Positions 1 through 9,743 are shown, numbered from the stretch's first letter. The stretch: 64,000 nucleotides of DNA from Nitrosopumilus sp. (GCA_965219345.1 OZ244732.1:1216001-1280000), one strand, 5' to 3'. Numbers and translations are program-made. The notes: generated by a model from the letters alone, not told the origin.

Positions 1-751
1 CAATAGCACCATTACAGTTCTCAGCATGTTCTTGAAATTCATATTCATACATATTATTCATAATGATCTTACCATGCCATACGTCAAAATTAAATCTATA
101 TTCATATTCATCAGAAAAAAAACGACCATCACCCCAATACTCAGGTGGTGTAAGATCATTAGGAATTTGTCCTTTATCTATTAAAGATAGAGTATCTGGA
201 ATGCCGTCATAGAAATGGATTAACCTACTGTCTGCCAGTTTAAGATACCAAATATCAGCATTAGAACGGTCATCATTTTTAGCATAGTTTGGTATGAAAT
301 CACAATAACGAAATGAAAAATGATTAAATTCAGTTATAGAACCAAATGCTTTCCCTCCCGATGCTTTTAAGTTATAAATAGAAAGCATTTTGAATAAATC
401 CATACAGTCTTGTGGATCTGTTGATATGTTAAATTCAAGTAAACATGGTTTAGATGAATTTATCACATAAACACATAGAACATCACCATTTCTTGAAATT
501 GCACAATCAGAGTCAATATCAAGAAGATCAATGAATTCTGTACTGCATTCTTTTGCAAGGTTTACACCATTAGTAGCAAATCCTCTCTCTGTTAATTTTT
601 TGATTGAATCATCATATACATAAATTATATGATTGTTTTGTTTCTTCATTACAGAATAATCTTCAAACTTGTAAGCATATGCTTCGGCACTTGTAAAACC
701 CATAACTAAAAAGCATACAGGAATTACTAAAAGAAATAATTTATTGTACAT
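1..751 (-). CDS. Secreted hypothetical protein (runs off window); paralogue of 8410-9207
   Basis: ATG at 751 overlaps TAA of upstream protease gene (TAATG). Signal peptide MYNKLFLLVIPVCFLVMGFTSAEA. Open to window edge; absent from ORF track. Confidence 0.8.
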   Translation of the reverse strand, partial: MYNKLFLLVIPVCFLVMGFTSAEAYAYKFEDYSVMKKQNNHIIYVYDDSIKKLTERGFATNGVNLAKECSTEFIDLLDIDSDCAISRNGDVLCVYVINSSKPCLLEFNISTDPQDCMDLFKMLSIYNLKASGGKAFGSITEFNHFSFRYCDFIPNYAKNDDRSNADIWYLKLADSRLIHFYDGIPDTLSLIDKGQIPNDLTPPEYWGDGRFFSDEYEYRFNFDVWHGKIIMNNMYEYEFQEHAENCNGAI

Positions 752-819
752 TATTGAAGTTGTAATGCAGTTTTTGTATTTTCCCAAGATGAAAATATCT
801 TATATGGTGTATCATCAGG
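1..819. repeat. Direct repeat copy 1 (copy 2 = 8457-9275), 18 substitutions, no indels
   Basis: Base-by-base comparison at offset 8456. Includes the last 69 nt of the protease gene. Confidence 0.95.
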
Positions 820-2853
820 ATTACATCGAGCAAAACCAGGTGTTAGATCAACGTCAAAAGATCGTCCATCAGCATAATTAGTAAATTCACAAATGTAACC
901 CATATGAACACCAACTAGATGATTAACACCGTTAATGGTTGTGATAATTGGAGCTCCACTATCACCTGTAATACTATCATAATTTGATATTGATGTGTTA
1001 GTCAATGTAATGTCAGATTGACGTATTGTAGTTGCGTTTGTTACTGTAACTGAGCCTTGACTGTTAGTAAAGATACCAAGCATTTTAATGCTTAAATTTG
1101 GAACTAGAATATTTGTAGAATTAGTATATACATTGATAATTGTTCCATCTAATTTTTTTATTTGATTTGCAGAAACAGTAAAGTTATCATATTCAGTTAT
1201 TGGTTGGAAAGATACATCAGTTTGATGTCCAAGTTCAATTTGAGGGGTTGTGGAATTTGCTCGAATAAGATCAGATCCAACATAAATGCCTACAAAATCT
1301 ATTCCAGATTCTACTTGAAGATTGTGACCAGCAGTTACAAATCCCACATCGCCATTAGTTTTAGTAGCGCCAATAGTTATTGTACCATTACCATTATGAG
1401 GAGTACTCGTTCCATTATCAAATTGTTTCAACTGCATTAAATCACCACCATAAAACATCATTGGCATATTTTGAGAAATTGCAGAAATCTCTACATCATC
1501 AATTCCAACCTCCTCACTAGAAGAGCTCATAGAGGCTACAAAACGTAATGAAAAATCAGTGTTGTTATACATAGAAATATCATAACTCTCTTGATGCCAC
1601 ATTCTATCATTATCATTATTCTCAGGTGACCACAAATCAAGTAATACCCAAGTAGTGCCATTATACACCTCGGCTTTGAGATATTCTGTATTATCTAATG
1701 ATCTATCAATGAATCTGAGAAAACTTAGTGTAGAGTTTGTAGAGGCAGATAAATCAATAGAGTTTGCAAATGTTAGTGTGCATACAGTATCACAATTATC
1801 AGCTTCAGCTACTTTGTTTTGATTATCATAACCACTAGGTACAATATTCCCATCAAGTCTATCTGCCCTCCAATCTAATTCATCAGATTCAATCCATTTG
1901 TTTAAAGTTCCATCCTCAAAATCATCAGAAAACAACACAACACTATTAACATTCATCAAAATAGGTGTAGGCTCTATTGGTTCTGGTTCAGATACAGAAT
2001 TACTAGTAATGGTTATAGTAAAACTAGCAGTTGCAGTATTTCCAGCAGTATCAGTTGCAGTACAAGTAACAGTATACACACCAACAGTATACCAACCAGT
2101 CTCCCTATTACAAGTTACATCAACTATGTTATCTACATCATCAATAGCAGTTACAGTGAACTCTACAAATGAACCTAAAACAGGAGATCGTTCTTGACGA
2201 ACAATATTATCAGGTGTTGTAATTACAGGAGGTGTAGTATCTTGAGGGGTGGGTGGTGTTACTGGAGGAATAACAACAGTAGAAGGTGGTTGCCACATAT
2301 TATTTGAATCAAGTACATAATGATTTTGGGTTCCTAGATTAAATGCAAGAGCTTGACATAGTCCATTATCAGTAGGGGAACTACATCGGACATTGTACAG
2401 AGAAATCCATGAATTAATTAATGACTGAGATGACGGATTTACATGACTTTCAGGGATAAACACACCATAAGATACAGAAACATCAATGTCATTATTTAGC
2501 AGAGATTTAACATCAGATGAATCATACTCTAATCCTAAACTTAGTAGTATTGGATCAAGCATTACAACTAGAGTATTATTTTCCTCATCAACAAAAGTCA
2601 TTGTAAATACAAACTCATTGGCTAAAGAATAATTATTATTGGAATGATCAATCATCATACTTGTAATATCACTGTGAGCTTGTTGTAGTTCATCTGTAAC
2701 TCCAACTGCACCTTTTGGTAGAGTTGGAATTAAATCACCTAAATCCACATTATCATTGTTATTCTCATCTGTAGTTTGAGCTGATACTATACCAACTGGC
2801 ATAATCATAATTATTGCAAAAATCAGAGGCAATAGTTTTTTATTTAATATCAT
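751..2853 (-). CDS. Secreted multidomain protein: HYR domain + beta-sandwich + C-terminal trypsin-like (S1) serine protease
   Basis: Signal peptide; HYR-like DTTPPVITTP...CTATDTAGNTATASFTITI; FSDDFEDG module; catalytic motifs TAGH and GDSG. Confidence 0.75.
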   Translation of the reverse strand: MILNKKLLPLIFAIIMIMPVGIVSAQTTDENNNDNVDLGDLIPTLPKGAVGVTDELQQAHSDITSMMIDHSNNNYSLANEFVFTMTFVDEENNTLVVMLDPILLSLGLEYDSSDVKSLLNNDIDVSVSYGVFIPESHVNPSSQSLINSWISLYNVRCSSPTDNGLCQALAFNLGTQNHYVLDSNNMWQPPSTVVIPPVTPPTPQDTTPPVITTPDNIVRQERSPVLGSFVEFTVTAIDDVDNIVDVTCNRETGWYTVGVYTVTCTATDTAGNTATASFTITITSNSVSEPEPIEPTPILMNVNSVVLFSDDFEDGTLNKWIESDELDWRADRLDGNIVPSGYDNQNKVAEADNCDTVCTLTFANSIDLSASTNSTLSFLRFIDRSLDNTEYLKAEVYNGTTWVLLDLWSPENNDNDRMWHQESYDISMYNNTDFSLRFVASMSSSSEEVGIDDVEISAISQNMPMMFYGGDLMQLKQFDNGTSTPHNGNGTITIGATKTNGDVGFVTAGHNLQVESGIDFVGIYVGSDLIRANSTTPQIELGHQTDVSFQPITEYDNFTVSANQIKKLDGTIINVYTNSTNILVPNLSIKMLGIFTNSQGSVTVTNATTIRQSDITLTNTSISNYDSITGDSGAPIITTINGVNHLVGVHMGYICEFTNYADGRSFDVDLTPGFARCNPDDTPYKIFSSWENTKTALQLQ

Positions 2854-2937
2854 TGGATCATAATATTAGAGAATAGTATTAAAACATAGATTAAATTGGT
2901 TCTGTGTAATCTTCGGGTGCCGATTTTCTCAAAAAAA

Positions 2938-4056
2938 TTACTCAGCAGCCGTACTGAGTGAGGCGTTTTGGATTATGGTTTTCCACTTGTTAACCCCATC
3001 AACCTCAATGAGTGATGCTTCCGCAGGGGTCTTGCCTTTGAGTGCAGAGTGCTTCTTGGTATAGTTGTAATAGACTCTCATGCCATCCAGTATGGCTGTG
3101 TCCATTTTCTTCAGGCCTCTAAAGACTTTCTCACGGTCACGGATTTCAGAATTTAACCTCTCTTGCTTGTTGTTATTGTCTTCGTCTCGTTTCCCAGCCA
3201 GGTGAATGTGCTTTACGTGGTTTGTCTTTTTGCCAAAGACTTTTTTGGATGATTTGGCATAGGCTGGAAGCCCGTCAGTGATGAAGTTTCTGGGGGATTT
3301 GCCAGCTTGTTTCTTGGTCATGTCAAGGAGTGAATCCGCATTGTGCTGGAATTTGTTGTCGGCTAGGTCACTAGCCAGCCAATACCTCGTGTCATCATCC
3401 ATGCTTGCAAACAGATAGCATTGCTTTCCGTTTATCTTTATCCACATCTCATCAGCCCTGAACCAGTTGCCAACCCTAGGTACTATTCCGTTGAGGTATT
3501 CGGCAGCCAATTTGGAGTATTTGTCGACCCAGTTGTAAACGGTCTTGTGGCATACGTCTATTCCCATCATCTCATAGTGGTCGGCAATATCCCTGACTGA
3601 CATTCCTGTAAAATACATCTGTAGATCTCCGGTGATTATCTTATCGTCAAACTGTTTCTTCTCGAAGCCAAAGTTTGCTGTAAAACGTCTCTTGCAGTCA
3701 AGACACTGGAACCTCTGGACATTGCCATTCTTGGTCTGTCTTGTGCCGTTCTTCTTGATATTGCCAGAGTCACAATACTTGCAGAGTTGCAGCTTGGATC
3801 TTTCCAAGATTCTAAACATGTTGTTTCTGTAACCGCCATTTCGTCTCATCATATCCAAGACAATCTTGATGTGCTTGCAGTCTGCGTTTCTGCTGGTATG
3901 GTCTGGATACTCACATACCAGCTTCTCACCATTTGTGACTGTATAGAATTTTGTAGGATCGGTTTGTGATCTTACTTTGAATCTGTCGTGGTCAATCTGG
4001 GAGCAATAACCGCTTGTTGACATGATTTGTTTTGCACGTTCCATTCTTGGGTTCAT
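2938..4056 (-). CDS. IS6-like DDE transposase with N-terminal SWIM-like and Zn-ribbon domains
   Basis: ADEMW / ITDG / QERLN triad; CKYC..CLDC ribbon; SWIM-like motif reads CEYPDH (CECKDH in the 48 kb relic), so possibly impaired; C-terminal TPAE..NKWKTIIQN. Confidence 0.85.
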   Translation of the reverse strand: MNPRMERAKQIMSTSGYCSQIDHDRFKVRSQTDPTKFYTVTNGEKLVCEYPDHTSRNADCKHIKIVLDMMRRNGGYRNNMFRILERSKLQLCKYCDSGNIKKNGTRQTKNGNVQRFQCLDCKRRFTANFGFEKKQFDDKIITGDLQMYFTGMSVRDIADHYEMMGIDVCHKTVYNWVDKYSKLAAEYLNGIVPRVGNWFRADEMWIKINGKQCYLFASMDDDTRYWLASDLADNKFQHNADSLLDMTKKQAGKSPRNFITDGLPAYAKSSKKVFGKKTNHVKHIHLAGKRDEDNNNKQERLNSEIRDREKVFRGLKKMDTAILDGMRVYYNYTKKHSALKGKTPAEASLIEVDGVNKWKTIIQNASLSTAAE

Positions 4057-4105
4057 GCGTGATTCCCCGTGAAAATTAATATAGAATGAAAAGAAATGAC
4101 ATGTG

Positions 4106-4191
4106 CGGCAGGAGTGGGATTTGAACCCACGATCTCGGCGAGAGACACAGATTCTGAATCTGTCGCTTTAACCTTGCTAAGCAATCCTGCC
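4106..4191 (-). tRNA. Atypical class II tRNA, anticodon CAG (nominal Leu), discriminator G73
   Basis: GGCAGGA TT GCTT AGCAAGGTTA AAGC G ACAGA TTCAGAA TCTGT GTCTCTCGCCGAGATC GTGGG TTCAAAT CCCAC TCCTGCC G; all stems pair. Confidence 0.88.
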
Positions 4192-4199
4192 ATGTATAT

Positions 4200-4250
4200 A
4201 TTATGCGTACACATAATATAATCCTTGCTATTAAGGGTACACATAAATAT
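4200..4250. promoter_or_regulatory. Divergent promoter with GTACACATAA repeats (putative AbrB-like operator)
   Basis: Near-palindrome TATGCGTACACATA; GTACACATAA at 4207 and 4237; TTATAT about 30 nt upstream of the tRNA. Confidence 0.45.
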
Positions 4251-4270
4251 CAACAATTCCTACGTATTGC

Positions 4271-4435
4271 ATGACAAGGTGGAAAAAAGACGAGACGGAA
4301 TTTCCGGTCAGCGTAAGCTCCAACGGACATACAAAGTCATGCAGGATTCCAAAGCCCATACTTGAACTTCTTGACAACCCAAACTCGCTAAAATTTATCG
4401 TCAAGGGGAAGCATGTAGAGATCGAGGGCGAATGA
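4271..4435 (+). CDS. Small AbrB/MazE-like DNA-binding protein (54 aa)
   Basis: MTRWKKDETEFPVSVSSNGHTKSCRIPKPILELLDNPNSLKFIVKGKHVEIEGE; divergent from the transposase; below ORF-track cutoff. Confidence 0.65.
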   Translation: MTRWKKDETEFPVSVSSNGHTKSCRIPKPILELLDNPNSLKFIVKGKHVEIEGE

Positions 4436-4613
4436 TAGTGCTTTCATCTAATAGAATTAAGCGAGAATTAAGCGAGAATTACCCTCGACATGGGGGCTTT
4501 AGTTTCTCCAAATCTAAATGCAACCATATTGAAAACAAATCCCTAATTCCAAACAATCCTCCGAATAAGTTTGGGATTTTCACTGCAACAGGCAAAAAGG
4601 TGGTTAATCCACT

Positions 4614-5621
4614 ATGACATCAAACAATGCCTCACTTAGCAATGCAAGAGCTACCAAACAAGACGAGTTTTACACGCAACTTGTAGATATTGAGAACGAG
4701 CTTAAACACTATCAAAATCACTTTAGTGACAAGACTGTCCTTTGCAACTGCGATGATCCACGAATCAGCAGCTTCTTCCACTATTTTTCATACAACTTTG
4801 AAAGACTAAAACTGAAAAAACTCATCGCAACCTGTTATAAAAACCAGCAGATGGATTTGTTTAGCCGGAATAAATCAGAATGTGCAATATATCTCGAATA
4901 CAATGGTGACAAAAACCAAAACAAGGTTCCTGATCCTAAAGAAATTGGAATACACTACTTTAAAAAAGACGGGGATTTTCGCAGTGATGAATGCATTGAA
5001 ATCCTGAAACGTGCAGATATTGTAGTGACGAATCCACCATTCTCACTATTTCGGGAATACGTTGCACAGTTGATAAAATACAAAAAACACTTTCTAATCA
5101 TAGGAAATCAAAATGCCATAGCCACCAGAGAAATATTTCCTTTAATCAAAGATAATAAAATGTGGTTAGGTGAGAGTATACATAGTGGGGATAGAGAGTT
5201 TGGTGTTCCAGACAATTACACATTAAATGCTGCTGGATTTAGGATCGATGGGGATGGAAGAAAATTCATAAGAGTAAAAGGGGTTCGTTGGTTTACCAAC
5301 ATTGATTACAAGGAACGCCATAAAGATTTGATCCTTTACAAAAAATACAACAAGACAGAATATCCAAAATATGACAATTACAATGCCATAAACATCAACA
5401 AAACAAAAGAAATTCCAATGGATTATGACGGAATAATGGGTGTGCCAATAACATTCGTGGATAAATACAATCCAGAACAGTTTGAAATAATAGATTTGAT
5501 TAATCGATATAGTTTGTTGGACGGCCCGACACCCACAACGAAAGGAAAATACCTAACAGAATTAGGAGATAAACGAAAATATTCTCGCATCATAATCAAA
5601 CACAAAAGGATTGCCCGTTAA
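4614..5621 (+). CDS. Adenine DNA methyltransferase, M.EcoRI-like family
   Basis: DEFYT, LCNCDDP, GDFRS, DIVVTNPPFSLFREY, MGVPITF motifs. Confidence 0.9.
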   Translation: MTSNNASLSNARATKQDEFYTQLVDIENELKHYQNHFSDKTVLCNCDDPRISSFFHYFSYNFERLKLKKLIATCYKNQQMDLFSRNKSECAIYLEYNGDKNQNKVPDPKEIGIHYFKKDGDFRSDECIEILKRADIVVTNPPFSLFREYVAQLIKYKKHFLIIGNQNAIATREIFPLIKDNKMWLGESIHSGDREFGVPDNYTLNAAGFRIDGDGRKFIRVKGVRWFTNIDYKERHKDLILYKKYNKTEYPKYDNYNAININKTKEIPMDYDGIMGVPITFVDKYNPEQFEIIDLINRYSLLDGPTPTTKGKYLTELGDKRKYSRIIIKHKRIAR

Positions 5622-6703
5622 TGAATATAGAACTCAAAAAAATCACTGTCAAGGAGTTATCCAAAGATTATGTGGATAATGCAGAAGAAGGCGTTTTAGG
5701 CTATGGGGGTAAACTAGACATTAGACCACCCTATCAAAGGGAATTTATTTACAAAGATAAACAACGGGATGCGGTAATTGATACAATCACCAAGAAGTTC
5801 CCACTCAATGTCATGTATTGGTCAGTACGGGATGATGGAAATTTTGAGATTATCGACGGGCAGCAAAGGACAATATCCGTCTGTCAATATATCACTGGGG
5901 CATTTTCGTTTAATTCAAAATATTTCCACAATCTACAGGATGACGAACAGAAAAAAATTCTCGATTATGAGTTGATGGTTTACCTGTGCAGTGGAACGGA
6001 CAGTGAGAGGCTAAAGTGGTTTGAGACTATCAATATTGCAGGAGAAAAATTAACTTCCCAAGAACTTAGAAACGCAGTCTATTCAGGATCATGGATTTCA
6101 GATGCCAAACTCTATTTCAGTAAAAGGAACTGCGCAGCTTATGGAATTGCCAGTGATTATGTAAGTGGCTCTGCTATCCGTCAGGAATATCTTGAAACAG
6201 CTATAAGGTGGATTTCAAAGGATAGCATAAATGAATACATGGCCAAACACCAGCACGACCAAAACGCCAACATATTGTGGAATTATTTTCAGGCCGTGAT
6301 TAACTGGGTTGAGACCACATTCAAAATCAAGAGAAAGCAGATGAAAAATGTGGATTGGGGTCCCCTGTATAACAAATACAATGATACACAGATGGATACA
6401 GAACAGATTGAGGAAGAAACGAAAAAACTGTTTTTGGATGATGATGTTACCAAGAAAAGCGGGATTTATCCATACATACTTACACGGAATGAAAAATATC
6501 TCTCGATCCGTTCATTTACAGAAAATATGAAGCAAAAAGTCTATGAATTACAGAAGGGCAAATGTGTAAAATGTCAGGAACATTTTGATCTATCTGAAAT
6601 GGAGGCAGACCATATCAAACCTTGGCATGAAGGCGGTAAAACGACAGAGGAAAACTGTCAGTTACTTTGTAAGAACGACAATCGTGCAAAGTCAGGAAAA
6701 TAG
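5621..6703 (+). CDS. DUF262 (ParB-like/GmrSD) + HNH endonuclease
   Basis: YQREF, IIDGQQR, FETIN; C-terminal CVKC..EADHIKPWHEGGKTTEENCQLLC. Confidence 0.88.
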   Translation: MNIELKKITVKELSKDYVDNAEEGVLGYGGKLDIRPPYQREFIYKDKQRDAVIDTITKKFPLNVMYWSVRDDGNFEIIDGQQRTISVCQYITGAFSFNSKYFHNLQDDEQKKILDYELMVYLCSGTDSERLKWFETINIAGEKLTSQELRNAVYSGSWISDAKLYFSKRNCAAYGIASDYVSGSAIRQEYLETAIRWISKDSINEYMAKHQHDQNANILWNYFQAVINWVETTFKIKRKQMKNVDWGPLYNKYNDTQMDTEQIEEETKKLFLDDDVTKKSGIYPYILTRNEKYLSIRSFTENMKQKVYELQKGKCVKCQEHFDLSEMEADHIKPWHEGGKTTEENCQLLCKNDNRAKSGK

Positions 6704-6724
6704 GAAATCCGTCTAGGTACAATC

Positions 6725-6773
6725 TAGAGAAGATCCACATTCCACACCCATATCACGATAACTTAGCAGAACC
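6725..6773 (-). mobile_element. Nested transposon end of the element-2 type
   Basis: Reverse complement GGTTCTGCTAAGTTAT plus subterminal AGAGAAGATCCA, both shared with 19513-19559. Confidence 0.8.
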
Positions 6774-6774
6774 C

Positions 6775-6999
6775 GTGCCCGTACAGGTCAAACGCTGGAA
6801 GCACAAGGTCGGGCGGCCAGAGATAGACAAGTTTAAGACGGCAGTGGAGAGGGACAGGAAGAAATCCGGTATTATAGTGGCACATGAGTTTAGTAGGGAT
6901 GCAATTAACGAGGCTGCACGAATTAAGAGTGATACTGGCATATCAATAGAATTGAGACCGGTGAAGGACGTTTTTGGTTGGTCTAAATACGATGTTTAG
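6775..6999 (+). pseudogene. C-terminal remnant of Mrr-type restriction endonuclease domain
   Basis: QVKRW..VGRPEIDKF..GIIVAHEFSRDA; begins immediately after the nested TIR. Confidence 0.75.
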
Positions 7000-7156
7000 C
7001 TAGGCATAAATTTCATCTCGGAGAAAATTTACATTCCATGCCAGCACCCGAAGATTACACAGAACCGACAATAGGTTCTATTATCAATGGCTATGAACTT
7101 GATGAAATATTTACCTTTGAGTTTTTTGGTCTATATCTTTAACTGGATCGACAAGA

Positions 7157-7633
7157 TTATAGCTCTCTCCATTCTATTCCTATATGTTTAGGTGTATTGG
7201 TAAGCACACCTGTTGCACAGCACAGCATTACTTTGAGTCCAGTTTCGGTTTTTCCTCTTATTTGGGCATTACTAGCTTTACTGTGTCCTGATTTTGCCTC
7301 TATCCACATAAAGTTCTCTACTTTAACATTCTCAATATTATCTAATGTGCAATTTCCCCCAAGATCATACCCTAAAAAGTCATAAAGATATCTAGGCCTG
7401 TACATATTGCCAACTTTGACTATCTTGCATATCTCATGATGTATGTCATTTGGTATTTTTATTGATATTCTGCTTTCTTTAAAGTCAAATAATATATCTT
7501 TTACAAATAATCCTCCTTGTAATATTCTATCAAAGTCAACACATGCAATGTTTTTCTCAAAAAGAAACTTTTTACAGTAAATTTCGCCTAGCATTCCCAA
7601 TAATTGGTCATCTACATTAAGATAGTGTAGCAT
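7157..7633 (-). CDS. Hypothetical protein, possible PD-(D/E)xK nuclease
   Basis: GE..YDF..IEAKS motif spacing. Confidence 0.45.
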   Translation of the reverse strand: MLHYLNVDDQLLGMLGEIYCKKFLFEKNIACVDFDRILQGGLFVKDILFDFKESRISIKIPNDIHHEICKIVKVGNMYRPRYLYDFLGYDLGGNCTLDNIENVKVENFMWIEAKSGHSKASNAQIRGKTETGLKVMLCCATGVLTNTPKHIGIEWREL

Positions 7634-7898
7634 ATCTATATTTTTTTGATTTTTTATTAAAGGCTTTTTACTGTAATATTCCTTACAATTTTGCTTGGAA
7701 TTGGTTTAATTCCCATTAAAACTTGTGATAATTCGTTGATTTTATTCTGTTATCTTTATGATATTCTTACAACTAGGACAAGCTAGAGTTATCTGTCTCT
7801 TTGTTATCTTATTTGCTACTACTTTACGGCAATATTTGGTGCATACTATCTGAAATTCATGCAATATTGCATATCTTACTGACATTATTTATCACACA

Positions 7899-8408
7899 TT
7901 ATACAAAGGTCTCAAGTGTTTGTTGTGCTATCATGGTTTTTCTAGGCTTTGTTTTTTTCACTGCATCTCTAGTGTCTTTTTGCCAGTGTTTGATTCTACT
8001 TGTGCTTATTTTGCAATTATGAGAGTCTTGCTCAATTAGGATATAGTTTCTTTGTAGTAATGTTGCTGCAATACCAGTTGTACCAGATCCTGCAAATGGA
8101 TCAAGTATTGTATCTCCTTTTCTACTTTCCATTGTGATTAGATGTGCCATTAGTTTGATTGGCTTTATGGTTGGATGTGTATTTTTTCTCGGGGTCTCGC
8201 CTCTGTGACCTGGGGTGTCGTTGCTTTTCTTACGTCCTTTTGATGTTATTTTTTCCATTGGCATATTCTCTAATCCTTTTTCTTTTTCTGCACGTGATGG
8301 CTTTGGGGTAATTACAAACTGTGAGATGTATTGTTTTTGCCACCACATATCAAGATCAAAGTATCTAGGGAAAGAAGCTATGACAATAATATAATAAATA
8401 ATATTCAA
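7899..8408 (-). pseudogene. C-terminal fragment of N4/N6 DNA methyltransferase
   Basis: HPTIKP and ILDPFAGSGTTG present; DPPY catalytic half missing. Confidence 0.75.
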
Positions 8409-8409
8409 C

Positions 8410-9207
8410 TTAATCTGCTTTTACTAAAAAATAACATTCATCACTCAACAGTGTTACAATAGCACCATTACAGTTCTCAGCATGTTCTTGAAATTCATAT
8501 TCATACATATTCTTTATAATGATCGTACCATGCCATACGTCAAAATTAAATCTATATTCATATTCATCAGAAAAAAAACGACCATCACCCCAATACCTAG
8601 GTGGTGCAATATCAATAGGAATTTGTCCTTTATCTATTAAAGATAGAGTATCTGGAATGCCGTCATAGAAATGGATTAACTTACTGTCTGCCAGTTTAAG
8701 ATACCAAATATCAGCATTAGAACGGTCATCATTTTTAGCATAGTTTGGTATGAAATCACAATAACGAAATGAAAAATGATTAAATTCAATTATAGAACCA
8801 AATGATTTCCTTGCCGGTGTTTTTAAGTTATAAATAGAAAGCATTTTGAATAAATCCATACAGTCTTGTGGATCTGTTGATATGTTAAATTCAAGTAAAC
8901 ATGGTTTAGATGAATTTATCACATAAACACATAGAACATCACCATTTCTTGAAATTGCACAATCAGAGTTAATATCAAGAAGATCAATGAATTCTGTACT
9001 GCATTCTTTTGCAAGGTTTACACCATCAGTAGCAAATCCTCTCTCTGTTAATTTTTTGATTGAATCATCATATACATAAATTATATGATTGTTTTGTTTC
9101 TTCATTACAGAATAATCTTCAAACTTGTAAGCATATACTTCGGCACTTGTAAAACCCATAACTAAAAAGCATACAGGAATTACTAAAAGAAATAATTTAT
9201 TGTACAT
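8410..9207 (-). CDS. Secreted hypothetical protein, paralogue of 1-751
   Basis: Likely start MYNKLF at 9207 by analogy with copy 1; signal peptide; KKLTERGF motif. Confidence 0.8.
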   Translation of the reverse strand: MYNKLFLLVIPVCFLVMGFTSAEVYAYKFEDYSVMKKQNNHIIYVYDDSIKKLTERGFATDGVNLAKECSTEFIDLLDINSDCAISRNGDVLCVYVINSSKPCLLEFNISTDPQDCMDLFKMLSIYNLKTPARKSFGSIIEFNHFSFRYCDFIPNYAKNDDRSNADIWYLKLADSKLIHFYDGIPDTLSLIDKGQIPIDIAPPRYWGDGRFFSDEYEYRFNFDVWHGTIIIKNMYEYEFQEHAENCNGAIVTLLSDECYFLVKAD

Positions 9208-9454
9208 TATTGAAGTTGTAATGCAGTTTTTGTATTTTCCCAAGATGAAAATATCTTATATGGTGTATCATCAGGGGGCAAACTTGTCTCCTTTTTTCAG
9301 TATTGATAAGAGGCTGCACATCTTTGGCTGGACGTTTATGCTGTACTTCTTTTTTGGGGTGTCATAGTCTTCTAATACTGTATATTGGCTATCTATCATG
9401 ACTAATATTTGTTATAATGATAAATAAATATAATGAAGTTATAATCTAAAACAA

Positions 9455-9688
9455 TTATTCGGGGTTGGTAACATTCAGCGTCATTGTGCTAACAACTCTG
9501 GAAAGTTTTCTAATTGTTGCAATTGCTTTTGCAAATTCTTCTTGGTCTTCTGTTTGAATTTCTGCAATTACATCATATGCCCCAAAAGTAAGATATGCGT
9601 TAATGACGACTTGTATCTGTTTTAACTCATCTACAATGTATTCTTCAGCGCCAAGATCACAATTTAATAAAATGAATCCTTTGTTCAT
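9455..9688 (-). CDS. Lrp/AsnC ligand-binding domain protein
   Basis: TFGAYDVIAEI..IRKL..VVSTMTL. Confidence 0.85.
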   Translation of the reverse strand: MNKGFILLNCDLGAEEYIVDELKQIQVVINAYLTFGAYDVIAEIQTEDQEEFAKAIATIRKLSRVVSTMTLNVTNPE

Positions 9689-9743
9689 TACTTTATCTTA
9701 AAATAATTTATGAAGTTCAAGTCTTTAAGTTTTATAGTTATTA

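Larger units (their letters stand above)
2898..7066. mobile_element. IS6-like cargo transposon 1 with perfect 23-bp TIRs
   Basis: GGTTCTGTGTAATCTTCGGGTGC at 2898-2920 and its reverse complement at 7044-7066. Encloses transposase, tRNA, AbrB-like gene and R-M genes. No TSD seen. Confidence 0.9.

Noticed and set aside
4106-4191. tRNA-Sec (TCA in the loop) or integration att site
   Set aside because: The 5-bp stem/7-nt loop fixes the anticodon as CAG with a 7/5 fold; no duplicated 3' half is seen.
1-9275. Diversity-generating retroelement TR/VR pair
   Set aside because: Six of 18 differences have no adenine in either copy, neither copy behaves as the A-rich template, both are coding, and no reverse transcriptase is in the window.
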